A DNA stretch of 62,907 nt, the filler included, from Cercozoa sp. M6MM (taxonomy: Eukaryota; Protista; Endomyxa: Ascetosporea), in NCBI GenBank assembly GCA_040357565.1. It is 14 parts of 14 records of this genome, joined end to end, with 100 filler letters (N's around TTAATTAATTAA, not from the genome) between each part and the next. Parts side by side here need not be neighbours in the genome. Positions count along the whole stretch, not along the records: positions 41,271 to 44,854 come from JBDODJ010001394.1; positions 44,955 to 52,088 come from JBDODJ010000656.1; positions 52,189 to 58,485 come from JBDODJ010000756.1; 11 more parts are not named here. The stretch is one strand, 5' to 3'. Positions 43,593 to 56,647 of this stretch are shown here, piece after piece. Below the pieces are notes generated by a model. The model worked only from the letters and a program-made list of their open reading frames with translations. It ran no database searches and was not told the DNA's origin. The first letter of the stretch is position 1. Every line of letters starts with the position of its first letter. The position numbers and the translations under genes are program-made.

Positions 43593-44480
43593 TCACTGGC
43601 GACGCTTCTTTCGTCTGCGTCCACTGCGACAGATACACGAATAGCCACAGACAGAGTAAGAGCACAGTAAGTGGTACCGCCGCGGCTTGTTATGGTGCTT
43701 GTGCCGGCCGCGGTACGCGTTGCCACTGCCGTGTCCGTGTCGCGCCGAGCTGTCGACGCCGCCTTCGATCTGCGCGAGCTTGGCCTCCTGCAGCAGACGC
43801 GTCCTACAGCGGGGGGGGGGGGGGTAAAAGCCTAGGGACGGAAACTAGACCTAGAATACCACTTGGACACAACGGCCTCGCCCCACTCCTCGCCATTGCG
43901 TTTGCAGCTGTCCTCAATAATCGTCGACAGAATGGCGTGTTGCAACTACCCACGGAAAGGGAGGGATAAGGGATAACGGGGGAAGAACGTAGAGACACAT
44001 CAAACCGGAGTGCCTCGGTTCAGTGCATTCTGCACGACGTAATTGGCGTACTGATGCTGCAGCATCTTGGACACACGCTGCGTGGCCACCTGGTAGCGCC
44101 TGCGTCCTCTCTGAAGGAGCAAGTGAGGTAAGGAGGTCACACGCCAGGTAACACGGCAGGGAGGGGACAGGGATAGAGGTACCTTCTTGGCCTTGTAAAA
44201 CACGAGTTCGTCCACGATGGAGCGACTCACAGTTTCCGAGTGACGCAGCAACGAATCCACCACATTGCTCGAGTGCTGTAAAGATGAATACATCAAGGGT
44301 AAAGGACAGGCAAACAGTGGAACTACCTTATGACGCGCCAACGTGACGTACTGACCGCGCAGGTGCTCGTGCAGTCGCTTGCGTGTGTCCTCCTCCATCA
44401 CTTCGGCCATGGTTTGCAGTACTGCACATGAACGGGGGCCAGGGGGAGGGTAAGGGCAAGTGACAGCAGTCTAGAGTGTG

Positions 44481-44569
<89 letters not shown>

Positions 44570-44738
44570 CCGTAGTTGGCAAAGTCGTTCTGCACAAAGA
44601 CACTGACGTGCGGCATGAGCGTGGCCACGAGTTTCGCCAGCAATTGCCGCATGCGACGCTGAGACTCCTTGCACACGAACTCGCGCATCTCGTGCTCCAC
44701 GATGCGCGCGATCTGCGCCTTGTGCGCCGCGCTGTCAG
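43593..44738 (-). CDS. Pumilio/PUF RNA-binding protein (3' part)
   Basis: VQNDFANY, LARHKHSSNVVD and LQHQYANYVVQNAL are PUF repeats. Confidence 0.85.
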
Positions 44739-44806
44739 CTGCACACACATACGCACACACATACAACCACTCCAATCGGGAGCGAGGGTATCGGTTCAAC
44801 TACAGA

Positions 44807-44854
<48 letters not shown>

Positions 44855-44954
44855 NNNNNNNNNNNNNNNNNNNNNNNNNNNNNNNNNNNNNNNNNNNNTT
44901 AATTAATTAANNNNNNNNNNNNNNNNNNNNNNNNNNNNNNNNNNNNNNNNNNNN

Positions 44955-44996
<42 letters not shown>

Positions 44997-45022
44997 TGAT
45001 GTGTAACGGTGTGTGCGATCAG

Positions 45023-45537
45023 CAACGCCACTCGGACCACCACGCGCACGCGTTGCGGCCGTACCACCTGCTGCGCACGTTCGACGACTCGCCGTTGCTG
45101 CCGTGCGGCTACTCGGGCGCCGTGCTGCTGGCCGTGTGTCCCTGGGTGTGGCGCCACTGCATGGACCCGCTCGTGCAGGCACATGCCAGTGCCGAGGACG
45201 TCAAAGAAACGCGTGCAATCAACACTGGCAAGGCACCGTCCGGCAAGTACCTGCGACATGCCGAGTGGGTACACTCTGCCCTACTGCACTACTGCATATA
45301 ACAACCAACCGACCTGTTCGACAGTACCTGGTGACAGTGTCGGTGCTGCTGACTCCTGTGCTGACGCGACTCTCTGACTGGCGCGTGCAGGCCATGTCGC
45401 TCCTGTGCGCCGGCGTCTTTGTGGCCACGCGTCTCAAGCCGTCGCTCGCGCTGAGTCAACGTGCTGCCGCCGCCACCATGCTCTTCGTTATGGCCTTGTC
45501 CGCACTCGACTGGGCCTTCGTCGTGCAGCTGCTCTAA
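45023..45537 (+). CDS. alkB: AlkB-type alkane 1-monooxygenase-like protein (3' end) with TM extension
   Basis: QRHSDHHAHALRPYHLLRTFDDSPLLPCGY..LLAVCPWVWRHCMDPLV matches the third His box and C-terminus of membrane di-iron AlkB. Confidence 0.8.
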
Positions 45538-45809
45538 CGTCAACCTCACCGGGATTACAGCAAGGCTTTGCAACGTGAACCGAAGAAGACGGGCGGCGAA
45601 ATCTCGACTTTCGAGCGTCCACGTCCCGCCGGTCATGATCAGTGACCGTCATGATGGGACTGAGTACTGTAATATAAGCAACGGTGCGCGCGTACAGTGC
45701 GGCACTACACTCGAAACTCGCCTACAGTTCGCTGGCACGTCAGTTTGCCAATGGCTTCAACTTTAAAATTACTAACAGCGCCCGAATGAGACAGCACAGC
45801 GCAGGCGAG

Positions 45810-47902
45810 CTAAAAGTCGTCGGCGTGCTGCGCAAACTCCCGCGCTTCGTCCTTGAAGCTGCCGAGACAAAGGAAAGCCTCTTTCACTCGCAAGAGGTAC
45901 AAGTAGAAAAAGCGAATACCGACGGTCGTGCGCACGCTGCGTCTGACGGAACTGTTTGCTGGCATCGCCGGATTTGCTGCGAGTACAGGGTCGCATCAAC
46001 AAGAATGTGAAAAAGCAGAAACGAAACTCATCTTACGCAACTTCGACGAAGTGAATGTCGAGCATTTGTCGCAGCAGATCGTTGTGCTACAGCGATAAAG
46101 ACAGTATGAGTTAAAGGGAGGGGGCAGAGGAAACGGTTACACGAAGGTGCAGTCCAATGGCGCCGCGCAACACGGCGCGCACGGCATGGTAGCGACACAG
46201 CACCAAGCTGCCGACTACAGGAAGCAACTTAACTCAACCTACCAACTCATCTACAAGTATTCTAATATGTACCAAGTCTGACCGACTCGTCGTACACTTT
46301 GACAGTGTGCACGACCTCCTGATCGCTCAGCGAGGCACAAGCATCGCGGAACACGGCTCGGGACTCCTTCTTAGCATCGCTGCCCCCCAAAAACACTCAA
46401 GCAACCCCCAAATAACCAAAGCGAAAAATGTGATACCGCTTGATATTGCGAAGCAAGACACGCGAGTTTTGCATCGCCTTCATCGCACGCTTCGCGTTCG
46501 AACTGGAAGCTGCGCACAGCACATGCACTCCCCCCGCTTGCCAACAGACCCTTATACCTTGATGGGTGTCGTGCAGCACAGAGATTGCGTTGGCGCACTC
46601 CAGACGCATCTCGACAGTCGACGATTGATCCTTCTACAGGTCACACAGAGTGAAAACGAACTAAAAGATAAACGGAACTGGGCTAACTCACCAAAATACG
46701 GACGATCGCTTCGTCCAAAACCGGAATTCTGTCCAAGGAGATACTACCTCAAACCAGAGCCAGACAACAAAGAATTACCGCAGTCCGGCAGCGGCGAACA
46801 GAGCAGCGCAGCGAATGTCCGACGCAATCAGTGCCTTCTCGCCCTCGCTGCACAAAGCAACCTCAACTTAAATCAAAGCAACTCAACTCACCTCAAAGTA
46901 AAGCAAAGGAACTCAGCTCAAAGCAAAGCAAAGCAACTCAGGTCAGCAAAGCAACTCAAGCAAAAGCAAAAGCAAAAAGATACGCGCGCTTCGTCTTGGC
47001 TTTCTGCGACTGGTCGGGGTAATTTTTGCGAACTGAAGGTTTCTTGTGACGTTCGACGCGTCTGTTCGGTCGATGACGCTTTTTCTCGTCTTCCGCTTCA
47101 CTTTCGCTTTCGCTTTCGCCTTCGCTTTCGCTGTCGTCCGAGTCGCTTTCTTGGTCGCTTTCGAGGTCACTTTCGTCAGAAACGTCGCCGAGCTCAGCAC
47201 AAGTGGCAGCGTAGGCCAGAATGACGTCGGATACACTGGTCACAAGTTGCGGCGCATCGTCGATCTCATCGGTGCAGCACAGACACGCAAAAGCGAGAGC
47301 CTCCTGAGCTTTGGCGGCCAGAAGCGGCGACTTGCGGCGAGCGGACTTACTGAGAAGCGGCAGCAGAAGCGGCGCCCACACGCGCCAGAACTGATCGCGC
47401 GAGAAGTCAAAGTCGCCGCTGGCACCATTGGTGTGACCTTCGCTCAAAGCTGCGTGCAGAAGCAGCACCTGCGACACCAGCAAGCTTCGCATCTGCTCAC
47501 TAACGGAAGCGCCGCGACGGCGAAAAGCACGCGCCAGTGTTTCGAGCAAAGCCTCGGCGCTCTTTTCGACCAGGTCTTCGCACTCGTCGCTCTGTGGTAC
47601 GCCACTGCTCAGCACCTTGTCCAAAGCGATCAGTGCTGCCTCGCGCACCGACGCCTGCTTCGACGCCAGTTCATCCGCCAACTCACTTGCACGTTGACGC
47701 AGCGTGAGGTCGCCGAACGAATCAGCCTGTCCCGAGTCAACAACACAAATCGAATTGCATATCGCACATCGCACATGATCAAAATGCAAGATTGCAGCGT
47801 AAACTCAAAATCCCAACGACTCAAATCTTGCTTTAGCGAACTAACTTCAAAGCTGGACTCGTCCTCGCTATCGCTTGCGTTGCGGGCGCGTCGTCCTCCC
47901 AT
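45810..47902 (-). CDS. IFRD1: Interferon-related developmental regulator (IFRD1/2-like)
   Basis: SKQASVREAAL, KKESRAVFRDAC, RYHAVRAVLRGAIGLHLR-HNDLLRQML; C-terminal exons end HADDF*. Confidence 0.75.
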
Positions 47903-47941
47903 CTTCGAATGCACTACAAGACGAGAAAATGCACGTTTACC

Positions 47942-49550
47942 TTATCGACTCACGGGAGTTTCTGAGCGCGATCCCATACAGTACACTGACCACGCGGATG
48001 CATACGAGAACGACTGTCCGACTTCTTTGTTTGACTTACTTTTGGTGAAATCACAGAGCAAACACGGTAATGCCACGCGTGCTACCCACATTGTTGGAGA
48101 CGCTAGCAAAGTCTGCAGGAGCGAGCCAGATCACCTGCGCGCCGGTCCGCTGCTGCCAGGCAGTCGCTTCCGCCCGTGGGATGAGCGATGCGAAGCATTT
48201 CAGTGAGTAGCTTGTTTCCACTTTGGCGTCCACTTCAGTGCTGTACAGCAAAAACTTGGTCGAAAAGAAGCTTGCGAAACAAAAAATTGTACCAAACTGA
48301 GCCTGTTTCCACCACCGACATGAGTTGTACTTTCATGCTTTCGCTTTCATTATCTTGCGACTGCCGAGACGGAAGCGATCGCACAAGAAATCGGTGTTGC
48401 ATATTGTCGCGTCGTGCCGCAAACAATTTCGCCGCCAAAAACTGCTCTGGTCGCGAGAAGGTGCGATCCCGGAGCCGATGACGGTGCAGACTGACGAGAT
48501 TCGCGTCCTCATCTGTGTCGAACTCGACGAAATCATCGCTGTGACAGTGCGAGTGGTGCGAGTGCTCATCTGAATGTGAATGCTCATGCGAATGCTCGGG
48601 CGAGTGCTCATGTGAGTAATCGTTGCCACGCTCACCAATTCGCTCGCGCAACTCAATGAAACCAACACACGAGCCACAGTTGGTGCAAAAGTACCGCCTG
48701 ACAGCCGCACTGTCTTCGAGATCAAGGTTCACGGTATCTTCCTCGAGATTGCAGGTGTCTTCACGCACAACTTCAAGCGTGCCCTCGCCAAATCGTACGT
48801 GTCCACTTTCCAATTGCTCTCTTTTCAACGATAACAAAAGATAGGGCTTGGTTGAATTGAGAACACATGGCAGAAAGAAAGATAAAAAGGCACGGAGCAA
48901 AGGAAGCGGCATTCGCATGGTGGCACGACCATAACTCAGCTGAGACGCGCCACTGCAGGGATTACAACAATCAGGATGAAAGCACATCTTCTTGACAATC
49001 AAAAACATACGAACTCCGACGGTTTCGCTCTGCCAACGAGTTTCTCTTTTTGCAAAAAACTCGTTCCACAGTTTTGGCATTTCAACTGCGACACTGTCTC
49101 TGGCCTACAGGACCAGCATCATCCGATAAAGCAAAGCTCTGTGAAACAAATGCCCACCTCATGGCATCGCGAACACGAGCATCGGCCCTGTCGAGCGGAA
49201 GTTCACCTCGTCGCGGCGGGGCATACTGTCGCGTCGTAATTTGAATTTCGTCGTTCTACAATCAGTGTGAGTATACCCAAGTCCCAGGAACGCTCAACTA
49301 AACGAAACTACCGAGCGCTTAATGCCGAGCATCTTTGCGTCTATTTTAAAAGGCAGTCGCACTCGAACAGTGTCGCTTCCGCGCTGCAAGAGGAAGGAGC
49401 TTTCGTCGGCTCGGATCTGGACATCATTCGCGTCGTCCGCTCTGAATTGCGCCGTGACTGCGCCAGAATGCAAAAGCCTCTCAATATCACAAGAAACCCG
49501 CATGTTGTAGTGGCTAGTTTTTCTTCTAAGAGAGCGAAACCTCCAGTCAT
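47942..49550 (-). CDS. UBE3D/Ipa1 (HECT_2)-like protein
   Basis: LKCQNCG, WRVSAELWSCHH and FCTNCGSCVG Cys/His pattern; His-rich insert; ends uncertain. Confidence 0.55.
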
Positions 49551-49631
49551 GGCTTTGGGCTCAAGCTCTCAGCGAGCCGAGATCGGTTGGTTGTCGAAGT
49601 GCCACGAAACCCGCAGAGATAGACAAATGGC

Positions 49632-52600
49632 ATGAGTCTAGTGCAGCAGTGTGTGTTTAAACAGGCAGGGGACACGCCTGTGCTCGAGTTGTTCGATGTG
49701 GTTCTCGCACATGACGCAGGATGCACATTCGGCAGCGTTTCTCGGCAGGAGGTGGCTTTGTGGAGCCTCCACACGGATGGTCTGAAGAAAATAGCAAGAG
49801 TTGGAGCTACAGATGGCCGCAGCTTTATTTGTGCGACGTTTTGTGCCGCTGCGCGCACTCTGGTCACGGTGGAGTATGCCGAGCCGTTTTCGTATGTCGC
49901 GACTCGTCAGTTGCAGGTGACTCGACTGCTATAGCGAGCGTGCTTTCTGTCACCGGATTTAAAAAAAGCTGTGTGTAGCACAATGGCGAGTGGTCCGAGG
50001 TCGTTGCGATTCCGCATGCCGGCTGCAACGGCTCGATTGCGCTGGCGAGCCACCCGTCGCGCCCGCTGCTCGCAATGTTCTGCTCTGAGAGAGGTATGAG
50101 ATGAGTTGAGTTGAGTTGCGTTGCTTTGCTTTGCTTCAAGTTGAGTTTCTTTGCTGTGAGTTGAGTTCTTTTGCTTCAAGTTGCGTTGCTTTGAGTTGAG
50201 TGAGTTACTTCGCTTTGAGTTAAGTTGAGTTGCTTTGAGTTGAGTTGCTTTGCTTTGAGTTGAGCCGAGTTGAGTTGAGGTAGATGAGAGATGTGAGGTC
50301 AGGCAGCGTGCGCGTGTACTCGCTGCAGAGTGGCGAGCCGAGAGCTTTGGTGGAAGCGACGTGTGCGAGAGACACGCTGCGAATCCGAGTGGACGAGCGC
50401 GACTTTTTGCTGCTGCAGTCGCTGCGAGGAGTGCAGGTGCTGTACCTGGCCGATCCGGTCAAGGAAAGTCAGGCGTCGGGCGACTCGACTAGTGTGACTG
50501 ATGATGATGTCGGCGCAGTCAACATCGTCGTGACTGATCGCGAGTTCTACGCGCCCGATGAGACGTGCGAACTTGTGGTGCAGACTCTGAGTGGCCACAG
50601 TGACCACACAGGTGACCACACAGTAAGTGGCACAGGTGATCACACACTAAGTGGCACAGGTGATCACACAGTGGGTGACACGTGTCACTGGCACGTGCGT
50701 CGTGTGCTGTCACTGACGCCGCTGCAGCTCGACCTGTCACAGCACGAGAATTGCATCCTGGACGCCGTCACTTTGCAGGGCGGCAACTCGCGTTTCTTCA
50801 GTCGCACCGGTCGAGACACCGGCTCGCAGCTGCTGCTCACCACGCGCAATGGCACGGCTCTGCTCGCCATGCAGAAGGGTGCGTTTATTCCTTTTATACC
50901 CCTATCTACCCTATCTACCCCTCTATCTACCCTCTATCTGCCACCCCTATCGGCACCCCTGTTTACCTCCGTGTTTACCCTATCATACATCCTGTTTACC
51001 CCTCTGTTTACCCCCTATCTACACCCCTATCTGCCGCCTTGTCTATCCGCTTGTTTACCCTCTTGTTTACTCTCTTGTTCACCCCCTCCCCAGGAGCCAC
51101 AACGGTGGCCAACTATGACACGTTTCTGCTGGCCGACGAAAACGCGACCAAGCGACCTCGGTTTGCTGGTGTGGTTTCCCACTCCTTTACCCCCCCCCCC
51201 GTTTACCCCCTATATACCCCTCTTTACCCCCCTCCAGGGTCCAATGTATTTGGCGAGTCGTCGAATCTGGTGGCGGTTCCGTGTGGTCGCGACGGGCGGC
51301 ACCTCGCCGTGTTTGCGCGGTGGTCGCAGCACGAGCTGCTGTCGCACCTGGCGTCGCCGACGGTGAGTTATACCCCCCTGTTTACCCCCCTGTTTACCCC
51401 CTGTTTACCCGAGCAGTTGCTGTGGCGCGGCGAGATACACGGCGCGTCGATTCGTCAGTTGAGTCGAGTGTCGCTGCCGGGAGGGTCCGCGCGGACGCAG
51501 ACGGGTCTGCTAGTACTTCACGAGGACGGTGCGTTGTCGTTGCTGCGCACGTGCCAGGAGAAACGCCTGGTCACAGCGATTCTGACCGGTGCCACTCAGC
51601 TGAGGAAGGGCGACGCTTTCACGCTGTCCTTGGGCTACTGCATTGAAGCTGTGCAGCTGCTGATGTGGCAGTCACTGTCATCGGCCCTCCGCGCGGAAGC
51701 ATGCGACCTGCTCGCGCTGCTTTGTGGCGACAACGGACGTACCTACCCCCCTTACCCCCCTACCCTAACCCCCGTGCCCCCCCCCCCCCGCAGTGATAGA
51801 CGAAGAGCTGCGCGTGCTGCTGTACAAGGGCGACTTTGGCATCGACGATGTCTGCCGACTGCGGCAGCGCAAGCGCGAAACGCTCCGCGCGGAGGCCAAG
51901 TCGCAAAGTACCCACTTCCAACTTTTTGACCCCCCCCCCCCCGTTTTCCGCCCGTTTAAGCCCTGTTTACCCCCCCCCCCCCGTTTACTCCCCTGTTTAC
52001 TCCTCTGTTTACTCCTCTGTTTACCTCCTGGTTACCCCCCTGTTATCCCCTGTTTACTCCCCTGTTTACCCCCCCTGTTATCCCCTGTNNNNNNNNNNNN
52101 NNNNNNNNNNNNNNNNNNNNNNNNNNNNNNNNTTAATTAATTAANNNNNNNNNNNNNNNNNNNNNNNNNNNNNNNNNNNNNNNNNNNNCTACCATCCTTA
52201 TCTCCCTTTACTCCCCGCCATAGGTGTGGCTCCTGGGTCATCACGGTGCCGAACCGTTGCAGAAGGCGGTGCCGTCACCGTTTCACGTACTTACCCTTCC
52301 CCCCTCCCCTATACCCTGTGACCCCTTACCCTGTGACCCCTTACCCTGTGACCCCTTACCCTGTGACCCCATTACTCCCTTTACCCCCCTCTCGAGCAGG
52401 ACGCCGAGTCGCTCGAGTTCGACGGCGATGTGCGTCTCTGCGAGACGGTGTCACTGACCACAGGTGATACCAGTCATTGGTGGTGTCAGTGGTCACACAT
52501 GGGTCTTCGTCTGTGTCACGCTGTGTGAGTAAGTGACTGAGTATGCGCAGGCCACGTGGTGCGCAACTTTGACTCGAGCGACTTTGCGCGCAGTGCACTG

Positions 52601-53912
52601 CTCCTGGTGACTGATCGATCGGTGGCACTGGTACTTTCTTTTGCACGTGCTCACTGCCACCTGACCGTCTGTGTTGTCTATCTGTGTGGTCACAGGTGTC
52701 ACTGCCGCCGCTGCAGTCCTTCGTGACACTGTCGCACGTGCCAGTCGGATCGCTGCGTTTTTCTGGCAACCTGCGTGCAGGCGACGGTGTCAGTGGCGCT
52801 TCGGACGGTCCCAGTGGTCACAACGATCACAGTCAGTTGCACGTGCTGGCTGCTACCGTCTTTGCTATCGATGATGTACCTCGTGCTCTGCTGTACATTG
52901 CGTGTATGTGTACACGCTTTACTCTCCCTGTGACAGGGCACCTTTGTGCTTCTGGTGTTTGCGAGCGGTCACTGCGTCGTGCTGACGCTGTGCGACCTCA
53001 CGCTCGTGCACGAGTTCGCACTGCCGCAGTTCGCGTCGCCGCCGCTGCATCTCTCCGTCGCTGCCGACGTGCGCTCGCTCGTACTGCGGTAAGGAGGCTA
53101 ACAGGGAGGGGTTAAAGTGGGAGGGGTTAAAGTGGGTTAAGCATAGAGGGGGTAACGCATAGAGAGGTAATCATGTGCAGATGTCGAAACGACATGGAGC
53201 ATTGCTACCGCATCAAGATGCGTCGGCACGCCTGCAGCAGCGATGTGTTCACACTGCCACAGCAACCACTCCGGTCACCTGAGGAGGCACCAGCGACCGT
53301 GCCGAGTGATTCGCGGAACGGGAAGGATACCAAAAACCCAAAGCAGAAGAAACGCTCGGTGTGGGGTGCCATCAAGCGCACACTCACGTCGCATGCCAGC
53401 CACTCGGACGCTGACTCTGTGCTGCAGCGACTGGCCACGTGCGACTTGAGTGAGCATGTGCCACTGCGTGTGCCCACTGACCACGTGACCACTGACCACG
53501 TGACCACTGATGACGTGACCACTGACCACGTGACCTCTGACCGCGGTGTCGGCACCTCACTCAGTGACCTGCATGTCGAGTACACACCGCCGGAACCGAC
53601 ACGCCGCGACCGGCGGCAGCAGCGCGATCTAGCGCACACTCAGCAGCGACTGCACGAGACGCGTCAACTCATGCAGCAGCGCGGCCAACGCATGTCGCGG
53701 GTAGCCTACCCTCTCTGTCATCCTACCTATATGTACCTTTGTGTTGTGTCAGTTGGCCGACCGTACGCAAGAAACCGCCGAGGTACCAGGACTCACTGCT
53801 GCTTTCGGTCACTGTGTTTATGTCCACTCACACTCAGAGAGCCGAGGAGTACCAGTCGCTCACCAAGCAGCTGCTCGAGCAGCAGAAAAGCAAGGGTTTC
53901 TTTGGCTTCTGA
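49632..53912 (+). CDS. Tomosyn/Sro7/Lgl-like WD40 protein with C-terminal R-SNARE-like helix (spans linker)
   Basis: WD-like exons (LASHPSRPLLAM); C-terminus LHETRQLMQQRGQRMSRLADRTQE..AEEYQSLTKQL..KGFFGF*. Confidence 0.65.
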
Positions 53913-54470
53913 TCGCGAGGCTCAGTTCATACTGTTCATCACGACGAACGATCCGATCGTGTTGCGTCGGGGTCCTTTTTTCTAAATTTCGCAAGCAGTT
54001 GTAATCAAATTACTGTACAAGTTACAACCTATCAATGCGGTTACATCTCAACTGAAGACCGGACGGGAGGCAGTCCAGTTCGGTACAGAAAACTAATCAA
54101 GGTACCTAAATCGACGAGCACACTTTTCGTTTAGCTGTAGACCTTCGGGCGTTAAACAGTGCCGATGCATGCTGTAATAAGAGCACTTTATCGATATTGA
54201 GAGTGACTTTTCACTTCTGGTTGGTTCCACCCGGACATCCAGCAGATTGACACAGTTGTCAAACAAGTGAAATTTATCCGCGCGGAAGGTCACCAGACTT
54301 TAGTTTCGCTCCGCAACTGGCTCTCTGGAAGTTGCCAATTCATTGCATCTGCAACTGCAAGGCGCCGACAAAGAGAAACCTCCGGTACCTGTACATTTCA
54401 GTTATTGTAACTTACCTTGCTCAGCAGTTGGCCGAGGAGTGCGAAACAAGGTTGTTTGCAGCTTCGTTTG

Positions 54471-55838
54471 ATGCTAATTATCGTTGCTTGCGCTATCGCG
54501 GCGCTGGCCGTCGCCGTTAATGCCCAAGTAAGACTCTTCTCTATCGTCTGTCTGAGTCGCACTGGCAGCTCCAACAAACTGCAAAACAATTCTACCGCAT
54601 GATATGTGTGCCAGTGTTGCTTCCAAGGCCAATGCGTTGGCCTCGGACAGTGGCTGTCGGCTGGAAATCAACAGTAAACAGCATACTTGCAGAGGGAAAA
54701 CTAGCTTGAGCACTGTACTGTAAGTTGAGTGTAGATGCCAATGCTCTCGACGCGGAGGCAACTGGCATTGGACAAACTGTCGTTCTACATCTCCGGACAC
54801 TGGCCCTGGCGGCCCGGGTCGGCGACAATGCTGCTGGCAGGTCAGTTTTTCCACGGCTCCACGCGAGCAACGATACAGAACACAGTACTCTTCGAGTTGG
54901 AACAGGGTCAATGTGTCTCTCGAGGTGAGTGGCTCGAGGGCAACGGCCAAAGATGTCGATGCGGGCGGCGTGGATGGACTGACTGTCAAAGCACGCCTCC
55001 GGACACGGGTAGCCAATGCTGCTGGCAGGGACAATGCGTGTCGCGTGGTGAGTGGCTCGAAGGAAACAACCGTCGTTGCCGATGCTCTCGTCGCGGCTGG
55101 ACGGACTGCCAGAGCACGAGCGGTGATACCGGCAAGGGCGGCAACCAGCCTCGGTGCTGTTGGCAGGTACAGTAAACTGCAAGGCAACGTGACAGCACTT
55201 CCGCAAACTGAAGAGTCATATGAGTGCTTGCAGGGCAACTGCGTGTCGCGAGGTCAGTGGCTCGTAGCCAACAATCAACGTTGTCAGTGCAGTCGCATGG
55301 GATGGATCAACTGCAGTCCCATCGCCGGCGATCAGAGTCGCTGCTGCAACGGAGGTCAGTGCGTCGGCTGGGGCCAGTGGCTGGAGGACAACGGTCGTCG
55401 TTGCCGATGCTCTCGTCGAGGTTGGACGGACTGTCAGACGACATCTGGCGACCGAGCTCGCTGCTGCTATCAGGTGGCTTTATTTTATCATCCATTATAA
55501 ACACGACATACAGTAAATTTTTAACATGACTGTATAATTTATCTGCAGTTGAATACAGTACGCTACTGTATCTAAGCTAACAGTACATCCTTTCACCTAT
55601 GTGTTGTTAGGGCGAGTGCGTATCCGCGGGCCAGTGGCTTCAGGGCAATGGACGTGTCTGCCAGTGCACCAACAACGGCACCTGGCAAAACTGCCGGAAC
55701 ACTGGTGGCAACCCGAGTGGTGACTTGGGTCGCTGCTGCTGGCAGGGTCGCTGCGTTTGGTGGGGCCAGTGGCTCCAAGACGGCAACCGTCGCTGTCAGT
55801 GCTCCAGCACTGGTTGGCGCAACTGCCACCATGCGTAG
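54471..55838 (+). CDS. Secreted protein of seven tandem 6-Cys modules
   Basis: Signal peptide MLIIVACAIAALAVAVNA; six exons splice to 7x CCxxGxCVxxG(Q/E)WLxxxxxxCxCxxxGWxxC; TAG at 55836. Confidence 0.85.
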
Positions 55839-56346
55839 CAACCTTCCGGTTTCACCGTCCATTTGCCCGTGCACTACTTTCGCCTGCCAGCCCGCTTCGC
55901 GACACAATATAAACCTACCTATATGTGTCTGTCGTCTGAACTGAACCTCGGCTGCTGGCTGGCATGAGATGAGATAACTTCGTCCAAAACTAACTCATTG
56001 ACAGTAACTCATCTAGATCACATACCGTACTTTTCGGCAGCTATTGTTTCACAAGAACCCCCAATCGATCGTGTCACATTCAGTCCGTCGTTGGATGAAA
56101 GTATGCTCTGATTCGAAGTCCATTTTAGACTTTTAGGACTGCCATCAGTTGTACAGTGCAGACAATTAAATAATCGTAGTGGACTGCAAGATCAGTGACT
56201 CGACTCGTGACGACTGATTCCGAACGAGACTACGAACTTATATTGCGTGCGAACGAGACTACATGCCCATTTGATGGATAGCGATGATCGGCTGAGACAC
56301 TAGAGCAACCGTACCGTATGGCCACATTGACATCTGATCGACTGGA

Positions 56347-56589
56347 CTAGACAACATGAGCACCTTCGTGCAGCACGTTCACCGGGAACTATCGCACGAG
56401 AGGTAAACACATGTCTGCGAGAGAAATGAGAGGTGAGAGTGAGTCGGCAGGAAGGCAGGAGGTACGCGATCCAGGTGCTTGACGCGTGAGACCACGTCGG
56501 CGATGTTGTCGGCAATGATGCCATTGACGCCCATCTCGCGCTGCCGGTCGCAGTTGGACGCATCTACGCAAGGACAGATATCACACACA

Positions 56590-56647
<58 letters not shown>

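Noticed and set aside
45684-46098. Plus-strand gene between AlkB and IFRD1
   Set aside because: Region is explained by the last minus-strand exons of IFRD1.
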